The notes below the pieces were generated by a model, which saw only the letters and a list, made by a program, of their open reading frames with translations, was not told the origin of the DNA and made no database searches. A stretch of DNA of 51,779 nucleotides from the NCBI GenBank assembly GCA_007129405.1, contig SKVN01000054.1, positions 1 to 51,779 on the forward strand, read 5' to 3'. Source of the DNA: Kiritimatiellia bacterium. Its GTDB lineage: Bacteria > Verrucomicrobiota > Kiritimatiellia > UBA8416. Shown here in pieces: positions 1 through 7,820 of this stretch; positions within the stretch are counted from its first letter, which is position 1, and every line of letters begins with the position of its first letter. The position numbers were made by a program, and so were the translations under genes.

Positions 1-20
1 AAGGTTGCTTCTGCATCATC

Positions 21-58
21 CCTAATCTTTCCACCTAATCTTTCACCTTAATCTCTCC
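21..58. repeat. Three tandem 12-13 nt units (CCTAATCTTTCCA / CCTAATCTTTCA / CCTTAATCTCTCC) in non-coding DNA at the window edge
   Basis: Read directly from bases 21-58. Only a weak 74-aa ORF overlaps it. Confidence 0.6.
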
Positions 59-90
59 TGCACGAACACATCCTCCACGCAAAAGTTACA

Positions 91-127
91 CCCCTGCATT
101 ATCTTGGCAGCCCAAGTGCCCCTACTA
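91..127. repeat. Copy 1 of an imperfect 37-nt direct repeat (CCCCTGCATTATCTTGGCAGCCCAAGTGCCCCTACTA) with an internal 5-bp hairpin CTTGG-n4-CCAAG
   Basis: 32 of 37 positions are identical to 243-279. The offset is 152 nt. Confidence 0.7.
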
Positions 128-165
128 GGTTGTAACTTCATTGTCTGCACACTTACTCGCCTACG

Positions 166-200
166 CTTACTCGATATTTCAGCGCTGACTTTCGAGTAAG
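166..200. other. 9-bp inverted repeat CTTACTCGA ... TCGAGTAAG with a 17-nt loop centred on AGCGCT; potential RNA/DNA hairpin
   Basis: Arms at 166-174 and 192-200 are exact reverse complements. An extra direct copy of CTTACTCG lies at 152-159. Confidence 0.55.
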
Positions 201-239
201 TGTAAACGATCAAGTGTGTCCGATTAAGTGTAAGTAGTT
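198..239. repeat. Three tandem 14-nt units, each starting AAGTGT (AAGTGTAAACGATC / AAGTGTGTCCGATT / AAGTGTAAGTAGTT)
   Basis: AAGTGT occurs at 198, 212 and 226, an exact 14-nt period. Confidence 0.55.
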
Positions 240-242
240 TCT

Positions 243-279
243 CCCCCGCATCATCTTGGCCGCCCAAGTACCCCTGCTA
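243..279. repeat. Copy 2 of the 37-nt direct repeat; it abuts and includes the stop codon of the SGNH hydrolase gene
   Basis: CCCCCGCATCATCTTGGCCGCCCAAGTACCCCTGCTA, 32/37 identical to 91-127. Confidence 0.7.
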
Positions 280-906
280 ACCTATCGCCCCCACTGCCAG
301 CAACCACGCCTGCGCAATCAAGGCATGCCCGGGCAAGGAAGGATGCACACCGTCCGGCGCCCAGAAAGCTGGCTCCCGACGCGTACATGCTTCCGCCATA
401 ATGCCATCTAGCGGCACAAGAATGGCATCATATTTGCAGGCTAGTTCACGCACAATGTCGATACGTGGGTTCAAATCCGTTCGCCAAGCCTTGCGATCTT
501 CAGGATGCGGCAACACGAAGGGCTCAATCAGCACAATACGCGCCCCGAGCTTGTCACGGACATCAGACAATATCGCATCATATGCTTCGCGATACACTTC
601 GGGCGACGTTGGATCATTGCTGTCAAATGCTCGCCAGGTGTCATTAATACCAATCATGATCGAAACCCATGTAGGCTGCAAATCGAGGCAATCCTTTTGC
701 CAGCGACTCTGCAGATTCACGGCCCGATTTCCGCTTACACCTCGGTTCATAAAACGAATATCCAATTCAGGATACATGGCCCCGATCCAAGAGGCCGCCA
801 TCATGGCATACCCGCGCCCAAGATCATCCAGATTCTCACGCGAACGATTACAATCCGTAATGCTATCGCCCTGAAACAACACAACTGCACCATCTTCAAT
901 CTGCAT
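277..906 (-). CDS. SGNH/GDSL-family hydrolase (lipase/esterase-like)
   Basis: ORF 277..969 trimmed to ATG 906, which is preceded by GGAGG. Motifs: block I FQGDSITD, block III GINDTW (GxND), block V DGVHP (DxxH). Confidence 0.8.
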   Translation of the reverse strand: MQIEDGAVVLFQGDSITDCNRSRENLDDLGRGYAMMAASWIGAMYPELDIRFMNRGVSGNRAVNLQSRWQKDCLDLQPTWVSIMIGINDTWRAFDSNDPTSPEVYREAYDAILSDVRDKLGARIVLIEPFVLPHPEDRKAWRTDLNPRIDIVRELACKYDAILVPLDGIMAEACTRREPAFWAPDGVHPSLPGHALIAQAWLLAVGAIG

Positions 907-1152
907 AACATAACCTCCTTGCTTGAAATCTATCACGGGGAACAAGCAAATCATTCTCCAGCATTCCAAGTAAAGCTTTTGTGTAGGCAGATCGAAAAAA
1001 TTAAAACCAGGCGCGTCTGCATTTCGTTGCCGCTAACCAGCATGCCATCTCCCTCTCTCTCACCCGACATCCGGCACATGGCGCTGCGCCCCATCTTGAC
1101 GTGAGTACTTTGTGTAAGTTACCCTGCATCCTCTAATCATAAGGGTGTGGGC

Positions 1153-1650
1153 ATGAATATACATAAAGTTCTGCGATTCGGGTATTTGACTAGCGTACTT
1201 TTTCTCGCCTGGATTGTGTACACACAGGACTTTCATCCCGCCTCGCTCGCAACCGGTGCGGTTGCTGCACTGGCGGCAACCGCCTTCTCTTATTCTATCT
1301 TTTTTGAATCATTCCCCCAAAGTAAACTCATCCTGCGCCCGGATCTATTACTGGTATATTTCGGCTTCCTCCTGTATCAAAACATCATTTCCTCCATCAC
1401 CCTCATTTACCTCATGCTGCGAGGCAACTATAAGCCGGGCATTGTACGTGTAAAAACGCGCCTGCAATCGCGCATAGGACGAACCCTTCTGGCCAATACC
1501 ATATCGCTCGTACCCGGCACGTTGTCGTTGTGGATGGAAGGCCCGTATATTTTTGTGCACTGGTTCGACAAGAAAACCGGTAACCGCGTCGAAGCGGGAA
1601 AACGCACCATGGAACCCATGCAAACATTACTGGAGAGAATTTTCGGATGA
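1153..1650 (+). CDS. mrpE: Mrp/Mnh cation:proton antiporter subunit E (MbhA position)
   Basis: Membrane N-terminus. First gene of a chain of overlapping mrp genes. ATG 1153 after AAGGG is preferred over GTG 1147. Confidence 0.7.
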   Translation: MNIHKVLRFGYLTSVLFLAWIVYTQDFHPASLATGAVAALAATAFSYSIFFESFPQSKLILRPDLLLVYFGFLLYQNIISSITLIYLMLRGNYKPGIVRVKTRLQSRIGRTLLANTISLVPGTLSLWMEGPYIFVHWFDKKTGNRVEAGKRTMEPMQTLLERIFG

Positions 1651-1898
1651 CTGTGTATTTGTACTTTCTGGGGTTACTACTCATCCCAAGCGCCTACCGA
1701 CTTTTCGTCGGGCCTACCCGGCAAGACCGCCTGCTGGCACTTTCGCTTGTATCCGTAGAACTCGTGCTACTGCTATGCGTTTACGCCGTGTATCTTGACC
1801 AAAGCCTCTATCTCGATATTGCCATTATTCTCTCCCTGCTATCTTTTGCCCAAATCACAGCCTTCTTGAAATTGCACAAAGCCAGGAGCTCTGCCTGA
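1647..1898 (+). CDS. mrpF: Mrp/Mnh antiporter subunit F
   Basis: 83-aa protein with three predicted TM helices. ATGA overlap with mrpE. Size and position are typical of MnhF. Confidence 0.7.
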   Translation: MTVYLYFLGLLLIPSAYRLFVGPTRQDRLLALSLVSVELVLLLCVYAVYLDQSLYLDIAIILSLLSFAQITAFLKLHKARSSA

Positions 1899-2221
1899 TG
1901 GATAACCCCATGCTCCCTATCGCCATTCTTGTGCACCTATTGATGATCAGCGGAAGCTTGATCATGTTCTTTGGTGTAGTCGGCATGGTCATATTGCCAG
2001 ACCTTTTCTTGCGTTTTCATGCGGCCACGAAATGCGGGGTGTCAGGAGCACTCTGCATCCTCGTTGGACTCTCTATCTGGGCTGGCTCAACAAGTTTTAT
2101 CCTCAAATTTGCTGTAATCTTGTTTTTCCTTCTGTTCACCTCTCCTATCATTGCCCATATGCTGGCCATCTCGAGACTGGGAGAGGATGCCAGCTCATCA
2201 GCAGAGGAGGATGAAGAATGA
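1898..2221 (+). CDS. mrpG: Mrp/Mnh antiporter subunit G
   Basis: Contains an MnhG-like segment (ILPDLFLRFHAATKCGVSG). Start and stop overlap the neighbouring genes. Confidence 0.75.
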   Translation: MDNPMLPIAILVHLLMISGSLIMFFGVVGMVILPDLFLRFHAATKCGVSGALCILVGLSIWAGSTSFILKFAVILFFLLFTSPIIAHMLAISRLGEDASSSAEEDEE

Positions 2222-2997
2222 CCCTCCCCAACCTGCTGCTTTTTTTTATGCTGATAACCGTTGTGGTCTTAGTTGCCTCACCGCGATTGATTCACAGCTT
2301 ACTTGCGCTATGTATTTTCAGTGCGCTACTTACATTACAATATGTTTTTCTCAAAGCACCCGATGTCGCCATCACCGAAGCTGCCCTTGGGGCGGGGCTT
2401 AGTACACTCGTATATCTTACGGCCATTCGCAAAACGGCAGACAAAACCACCCAACAACAACCAGATATAGATCTCAACCAACACGAACCGCAGGAGGAAC
2501 CACGCATGATTGCGCTACAAGAATACCTAACGCCCGACAATATCCATCTGCTCACGGCAAAAAAGCGAGACCAGATCATTCAGGAAATTCTTCAACACTG
2601 CCTGCACGACAAAGATCCAGCATTTGTCCAGCGGGTAACCCATGACGTATTGTCGCAGAAACGCAGCGCAAGCCCGATGGATATGAATCTGGGCAAAGGC
2701 TTCGCTCTCGTGCATGCCCGTCACGATGCCTGCGAAGAAGTACGCTTTGCCGTCGGTCTGTTACCCGAACCGCGTAATTTGTATCGTGGCGACAAAATAC
2801 ATACGATTATCGGTATCGTATTACCCTCTTCCCAATCCCGGCAGTACCTCGCCTTTCTCGCAAAATTTGGCCGACTCATGTATGCCCCGGAAGCGCCCCC
2901 CCTGTTCGAGGAAACCGGCAAATTGCTCGCCGCAGGAGAAAATGAGATGGCGAAAACAAAACTGGCTGCATTTGTCCAGACATTCGAGGAGGCCTAA
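2218..2997 (+). CDS. MbhD/DUF4040-like Mrp membrane segment fused to a PTS EIIA type-2 (EIIA-Ntr-like) domain
   Basis: About 75 aa at the N-terminus form two hydrophobic helices (APDVAITEAALGAGLSTLVYL). A Q/E/P-rich linker follows. The last ~160 aa have EIIA-2 layout with GKGFALVHAR, the conserved phosphorylatable His context. Confidence 0.6.
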   Translation: MTLPNLLLFFMLITVVVLVASPRLIHSLLALCIFSALLTLQYVFLKAPDVAITEAALGAGLSTLVYLTAIRKTADKTTQQQPDIDLNQHEPQEEPRMIALQEYLTPDNIHLLTAKKRDQIIQEILQHCLHDKDPAFVQRVTHDVLSQKRSASPMDMNLGKGFALVHARHDACEEVRFAVGLLPEPRNLYRGDKIHTIIGIVLPSSQSRQYLAFLAKFGRLMYAPEAPPLFEETGKLLAAGENEMAKTKLAAFVQTFEEA

Positions 2998-3000
2998 GCC

Positions 3001-3339
3001 GTGCGTGTACTTATCATTCATTTACTGAAAGAAGAAGATCTGCAAACAGTCTCCTCATTATTAATTGAACTCGGACTTTTCAATACTGCAATTGTCGATG
3101 GCGAAGGTGTCGAGAACATTGGCGTTCCCCAAGATCAACTCTTTGCTTCTTTTCAAAATCTTTTCGGACAGGGCTCTGCATACAACCGGACACTCATTGC
3201 TCCAGTGCCCGACATGGATACCGTAGAGATGTTCCTCCATTTATGCGAAGGACAAGGAATCGACTTCAAAAAGTCTGACACGGGCTGGCTCCTCTCCTTC
3301 CCGTGCGACTTTTTCGTGGGCGTGGAGGATGGCGCGTGA
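3001..3339 (+). CDS. PII-like (GlnB-fold-like) small signalling protein, 112 aa
   Basis: GTG start 6-7 nt after GAGGAGG. The length equals GlnB. The beta-alpha-beta / loop / beta-alpha-beta pattern lines up by eye (MRVLIIHLLKEEDLQTVSSLLIELGLFNTAIVDGEG; NRTLIAPVPDMDTVEMFLHLCEG). Fold assignment is by eye only. Confidence 0.4.
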   Translation: MRVLIIHLLKEEDLQTVSSLLIELGLFNTAIVDGEGVENIGVPQDQLFASFQNLFGQGSAYNRTLIAPVPDMDTVEMFLHLCEGQGIDFKKSDTGWLLSFPCDFFVGVEDGA

Positions 3340-3794
3340 AATTTCAGGATTCTGCCATTTTACAGGTAACACTGAGTAAGCTATTTCCATTTGCCGTACT
3401 GCTAAGCTTCTCGATTTTCTCCTATGGGGCAGCATTCCCCGGTGGCGGGTTTCAGGCCGGTGTTGTACTAGGTAGCTTTATCGTGGTCTACGAAATTGCC
3501 CTGAACCGCCCCACGCAATCCACCGCATTCTACAACTGGGTAGAAATTGCTGGTTTGATCGTTCTCGCTGTCGCTCTTGTCTGGGGCTGGATCGAAACCG
3601 GCAGACCATTTGGCGCTTGGCCTGCAGACCAACAGCCCCCCAACCTCAATCGCGGCTTGATCTGGAACAACCCCTACAAATGGTTATTGGGATTCGGAAT
3701 CTATCTCGAAGTAGCCGGATCCATGGTGCTCATCTTCCGACGCTTCATTCATTGGCATGAGGACGAGGGTCACCCCAAGGAGGCAACAGCATGA
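3336..3794 (+). CDS. mrpB: MnhB-domain Mrp subunit (MbhF-like)
   Basis: Contains the FPGGGFQAGVVLG motif of the MnhB family. GTG 3336 follows GGAGGA and overlaps the upstream stop (GTGA). Confidence 0.7.
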   Translation: MKFQDSAILQVTLSKLFPFAVLLSFSIFSYGAAFPGGGFQAGVVLGSFIVVYEIALNRPTQSTAFYNWVEIAGLIVLAVALVWGWIETGRPFGAWPADQQPPNLNRGLIWNNPYKWLLGFGIYLEVAGSMVLIFRRFIHWHEDEGHPKEATA

Positions 3795-4042
3795 AACGAA
3801 TTAGGTTTTGTAGCATTCTGGCACTCGCCCTCTGCGGAGTTGCAATTTTTCTTTTGTTGCCTCAGCCCGAACTGCTGACGCGGGAAGTAGGTGCCAGTTG
3901 GGTGCGCATCGCAGGACAAATGGGAATCCAGAACATGGTCACGGCTGTATACCTGGGTCCGCGCATGTTCGATACCTTTATCGAAGTCATGGTGGTCGTG
4001 CTCACGGTGTATGGCATGAAATTCGTACGGGAGCGAATATGA
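3791..4042 (+). CDS. Small MnhB-related Mrp membrane subunit (MbhE-like)
   Basis: NMVTAVYLGPRMFDTFIEVMVVVL resembles the NxVxAIlxdxRxxDTlxE segment of MnhB. ATGA overlaps on both sides. Confidence 0.55.
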   Translation: MKRIRFCSILALALCGVAIFLLLPQPELLTREVGASWVRIAGQMGIQNMVTAVYLGPRMFDTFIEVMVVVLTVYGMKFVRERI

Positions 4043-4350
4043 GTATCCTCATAATCCTTATTGGCCTATATGGCGTCATCAACAGCCCGAACCTCATCAA
4101 GAAAGTGATGTGTCTTTCCCTCGTGGAAAGCATGGTTATTATGCAATTTCTTGGCGTGGGGTTTCGTCGTGATGGCGGTGCCCCCATTTTGAATCAGGGG
4201 ATTGAAACATTCGTGGACCCGATCCCCCAGGCACTCATGCTTACGGCCATAGTCATCGGGGTGTGCTTCAATGCCTTGGCTGTCGCACTGATCGTTAAGC
4301 TCTATCGGCAACGCGGCACCGTAGACGTAAGGGAGTTACATGATCTTTGA
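4039..4350 (+). CDS. mrpC: Mrp antiporter subunit C (NuoK-like)
   Basis: Internal ATG 4039 overlaps the upstream stop. The 103-aa, three-TM product starts MSILIILIGLYGV, with conserved Glu in LVESMVI. Confidence 0.8.
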   Translation: MSILIILIGLYGVINSPNLIKKVMCLSLVESMVIMQFLGVGFRRDGGAPILNQGIETFVDPIPQALMLTAIVIGVCFNALAVALIVKLYRQRGTVDVRELHDL

Positions 4351-5902
4351 AGTCTTGCCTTCTTTGCCTCTCTCCTGGGAGATCTTCAGCAACCTGTGGA
4401 TGCTGCTACCGCTGCTGCCCCTTGCCGGCGTCCTGTTGATGCTCATCGCACAGCACAGCCTGCCACGCGATATCAGCGGAATCCTATTCCATCTCATTGT
4501 CTGTGCACAGCTTGTGCTTGGACTCCTCTTGCTGGCCGCGGCCGGAACCCATGGTGCCGCACCACGCGAAATGGCAGTCAGCCTGTGGGATTACGCCATC
4601 GTATTTCGCGTCGAGCCCATCAAAATCATGCATCTGTCCATTCTCATGATTCCCCTCCTACTTGCCCTACCCAAGTATGCAAATATCAATAATCCCTATC
4701 TGCGCATCATCTTTCTCTTCTTTCTATCGGGCTGCTCTGGAGTCGTTGTGACCGGTGACATTTTCAACCTATTTGTATTTTATGAACTTATGATCATGGC
4801 TGCATATGTACTTGTGGCCGCAAAGCAAAACTTTGCCGAATCCATCAAATACATGATGTTCGGCTCGATTAGTTCCATCGCCTTTCTGGGAGGCATCATC
4901 GTACTCTATGCAGGGGGAGCCCCCTTCAATATGCATGCCGATATATTTGCTGCCATCCCCGCCGCGAATGCTTGGTGGGCCATGGTACTCTTTACCTTTG
5001 CCTTTGGTGTAAAATCAGCGTTTTTCCCCATCGCACTGGCTCCCTGCCACGCTGCTGCCGGCTCTCTCTTTTCGGCATTTCTTGCCTCCTTCACAATCTT
5101 TACCGGCATGATCGGTTTACATTTTCTCGTGCTGCAACCTGCTGCCCTACTGGATATGCCTGCCTTCCATACACTCATTCGCACGCTATCCATTCTTACC
5201 ATCGTAATGCCATCACTTATTTTATTCTGGGAACCGGAATATAATCGGGCCGTTGCGCAAAGCACGATTATTGCGATTGGCATTACAGGCTTATTACTCA
5301 GCTATGGCCAACAACAATATGCCTTCCTCTACGTGCTCGTTCATGCCACGTACAAAAGCCTGCTCTTTATGCTTGGCGATGAGCTCAAACAATCGGCACG
5401 ATTTCTGAAAGTCAACTCAATACTGGCAATCATCATGCTCGCCATGGGTATCTTTCTCGCGTCTGGTATCACTCCGGCGCTTACCGCACACGTTAAGGGA
5501 GAAATAGAGCCAGCATCTTGGTGGATGCAAACGATCCTCCTGTTTTCCGGATTCTGCATAGTAGGAGGATTCGTGAAATTTCGTTATTCCCTCGAAACAC
5601 CGTCAACAACCCATGGCCAAAGGTGGAGAACATATTCTCTCTACATAATATATATTGGCCTCGTATTCCTACTCTATCACCAATTTGGCATACCTTCGTT
5701 CATGAACATCAAAACAGCCGTAGAACTAGGTGTTTTAGCGGTGGCCCTTCTGCTCGGGAAGCGAATATACCGATCCTTTCCACAGCTCGTATCGCTTGAT
5801 CGCCACTGGATCTATGGGGTGCTCAACCGGCAACTCCTCTACATCATCATCCTGTTCGTGTTCATCCTGCTCTGGCTCTACCCAACCAGCCAGCATCTGT
5901 AG
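4340..5902 (+). CDS. mrpD: Mrp antiporter subunit D (NuoL/M/N-type antiporter-like subunit, MbhH-like)
   Basis: 520-aa polytopic membrane protein with a proton-antiporter core (FNLFVFYELMIMAAYVLV). It is the only large antiporter-like subunit in the operon. Confidence 0.85.
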   Translation: MIFEVLPSLPLSWEIFSNLWMLLPLLPLAGVLLMLIAQHSLPRDISGILFHLIVCAQLVLGLLLLAAAGTHGAAPREMAVSLWDYAIVFRVEPIKIMHLSILMIPLLLALPKYANINNPYLRIIFLFFLSGCSGVVVTGDIFNLFVFYELMIMAAYVLVAAKQNFAESIKYMMFGSISSIAFLGGIIVLYAGGAPFNMHADIFAAIPAANAWWAMVLFTFAFGVKSAFFPIALAPCHAAAGSLFSAFLASFTIFTGMIGLHFLVLQPAALLDMPAFHTLIRTLSILTIVMPSLILFWEPEYNRAVAQSTIIAIGITGLLLSYGQQQYAFLYVLVHATYKSLLFMLGDELKQSARFLKVNSILAIIMLAMGIFLASGITPALTAHVKGEIEPASWWMQTILLFSGFCIVGGFVKFRYSLETPSTTHGQRWRTYSLYIIYIGLVFLLYHQFGIPSFMNIKTAVELGVLAVALLLGKRIYRSFPQLVSLDRHWIYGVLNRQLLYIIILFVFILLWLYPTSQHL

Positions 5903-6001
5903 CGAAGGTATCTCAAGGCACCGGTGCTCAGCTCACAGCGTGCCGCTGCAAACCACCACTGTAACGGCGGTCTATGAGTGCCGAACCGCCATCTCCCCTT
6001 A

Positions 6002-6745
6002 TCAGAGCAAGAAACCAATCACGATAGCTGCATTTACGCCGATATTCGCCCAGTGCGTATGAAGCTTATTGGCATTGGGCACCAATTCATCCAGAGCGAT
6101 GTACATCATGCAGCCAGCCGCAAATGCCAGCGAACCACTAACAAACACCTCTGACAAAAAGAAAATGAGTTGTCCGATAATCGCCCCGATCGGTGTCATC
6201 AACCCAGCCGCCATCGTGAGTAATACAATTTTCAAACGTCCCACGCCTCCCGCACGTAATGGCCCCGCTATGGCAATACCTTCCGGAATATTATGCAGGG
6301 CAATGGCAATCGCCAGTGTCAGTCCCAGCTTAGGACTCGATTCAAGCCCGGCTCCAATGGCCAACCCTTCCGGAAGATTGTGGAGAGCAATACCAAACAA
6401 AACCAGATACCCCGTGCGCAAAAAAGGATTACGTGTCGAAAATGCATGTTCTGGATTCTCCACCTCGAGCTCATCGGGGGCGAAAACGTGTGCATGTGGT
6501 GCCGTCCGATCAATAATGAACAAAAGTGCCACACCGAGCAAAAACCCGGTTGCAACAATAACCGTCGAACCAAGTTCCAATGCTTCTGGAATCAAATCAA
6601 ATAGAGAAATGGCAATCATGATGCCACCAGCAAACCCCAACAACCCCGCCAGCAGAGGTTTACTCGGCTTACCAAACAATAGCAAAACCAAAACCCCCAG
6701 CACCGTGGAAACGCCGGCAAAAAAACTATAATAGATGCTCTGCAT
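6002..6745 (-). CDS. zupT: ZIP-family divalent metal transporter (ZupT/GufA-like)
   Basis: Two HN(L/I)PEG(L/I)AI signature motifs. Eight-TM profile, 247 aa. Confidence 0.85.
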   Translation of the reverse strand: MQSIYYSFFAGVSTVLGVLVLLLFGKPSKPLLAGLLGFAGGIMIAISLFDLIPEALELGSTVIVATGFLLGVALLFIIDRTAPHAHVFAPDELEVENPEHAFSTRNPFLRTGYLVLFGIALHNLPEGLAIGAGLESSPKLGLTLAIAIALHNIPEGIAIAGPLRAGGVGRLKIVLLTMAAGLMTPIGAIIGQLIFFLSEVFVSGSLAFAAGCMMYIALDELVPNANKLHTHWANIGVNAAIVIGFLL

Positions 6746-6896
6746 AAATACCCTTAGATTACGGGATCAACAACCACCGAAGTTGCAATCAGGTCACAAT
6801 GTTTGCCGGGACAAACTATTATGCCGCACCACATCAGTCCACAAGACCGAAATTTACACCCAGAGCAAAGAAGTGCTAACCCTTATGATGGCAGGG

Positions 6897-7820
6897 CTAG
6901 CTGCCTCCCTGCAATTGTTGCAGTTTTTTATGGAGCGCTTGCGTTTCAGGCATCGCCACACCAGCTTCGGATGCTACACGTAATGGGATGCCATAAATGG
7001 CCTCAAGCTCCATAGGACGACCGGCATCGAAATCCAGCTTCATGCTCGGTGCATAGGGCTCCATCTTATCCGTATGAGACATCATCTTATCCAGAAAGCT
7101 TTCTTCTATCGGTCGCGCACATATGGCCGAGGCCGCAGCCACCTCTTCCATCAAGCGACGAGACAAAGATCTCGTTTCCGGATTACGCATGATGACATCC
7201 GTAAGGCAATCATGCACTACGCTCAGACCATTAAAGGGAACATTCCAGACCAGCTTTCGCCAGCGGGCTGCCAGCAGATCATCTATCACCTGAATCTCCA
7301 TGCCTGCATGTGAAAGTAGAGCTCCGACATTCTCCAGACGCGTGGTTATCCCCCCAGCCTTTCCATCTGCCCGATACTCTCCCAACGTAATCAAGCCATA
7401 ATCCACATGCCGTATGACACCAGGGGCTTCTTTATTTGCACATAGAAAGCACAAACCTCCCAGTACGCGGTCATCCCCAACGATCGCGGCAATATACGTG
7501 TCCGCCCCCAAGCCATTCTGTAGCGTAAGCACAACCCCATTCTCTGCCAGTACATGCGGCAAAATATCATCCAGAACAGAATTAGCCGTCGTTTTCAGCG
7601 CAACAATCACCAAATCACAACGCGGCATGTCTGTTGGGCGGGCATATGCCGCCACCTCAGGCAAACGGATATCGCCACGGGGAGAATAGATTTGCAAGCC
7701 ATGCTCACGCACATGCGCATAGTCGCGACGCAACAGGAAATGCACATCCGCGCCCGACTGTTGCAGCAGTGCACCATAATATCCGCCAACCGCCCCCGTC
7801 CCGATAATCGCAATCCGCAT
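6897..7820 (-). CDS. panE: 2-dehydropantoate 2-reductase family (PanE/ApbA)
   Basis: Rossmann N-terminus MRIAIIGTGAVGGYYG. The start is moved from 7904 to ATG 7820, which has a purine-rich RBS upstream. Confidence 0.75.
   Translation of the reverse strand: MRIAIIGTGAVGGYYGALLQQSGADVHFLLRRDYAHVREHGLQIYSPRGDIRLPEVAAYARPTDMPRCDLVIVALKTTANSVLDDILPHVLAENGVVLTLQNGLGADTYIAAIVGDDRVLGGLCFLCANKEAPGVIRHVDYGLITLGEYRADGKAGGITTRLENVGALLSHAGMEIQVIDDLLAARWRKLVWNVPFNGLSVVHDCLTDVIMRNPETRSLSRRLMEEVAAASAICARPIEESFLDKMMSHTDKMEPYAPSMKLDFDAGRPMELEAIYGIPLRVASEAGVAMPETQALHKKLQQLQGGS

Noticed and set aside
43-267. 74-aa minus-strand ORF in the first intergenic region
   Set aside because: It has a TTG start without an RBS. 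The two 37-nt repeat copies fall in different frames of it, and the composition is not coding-like. The region is treated as non-coding repeat DNA.
91-279. Possible CRISPR-like array
   Set aside because: There are only two imperfect copies, the spacing is 152 nt (far larger than a spacer), and no cas genes are present.
468-478. GGTTCAAATCC, a tRNA T-loop-like motif
   Set aside because: The flanking bases (GTGGG / CCGTT) cannot form a T-stem. No acceptor or anticodon arms are present, and the motif lies inside the hydrolase CDS.
401-1104. Plus-strand ORFs of 157, 60 and 199 aa
   Set aside because: They are antisense to the SGNH hydrolase, which has GDS, GxND and DxxH blocks. Arg/Ser/His-rich translations are typical of out-of-frame reads.
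5796-6062. 88-aa Ser/Cys-rich plus-strand ORF spanning the mrpD-zupT convergent gap
   Set aside because: It overlaps the 3' ends of both neighbouring genes, and it is low-complexity with no RBS.
6069-6731. 220-aa plus-strand ORF
   Set aside because: It is antisense to the ZIP transporter, which has two HNxPEGxAI motifs. The sequence is low-complexity Ser/Pro/Ala/Asn.
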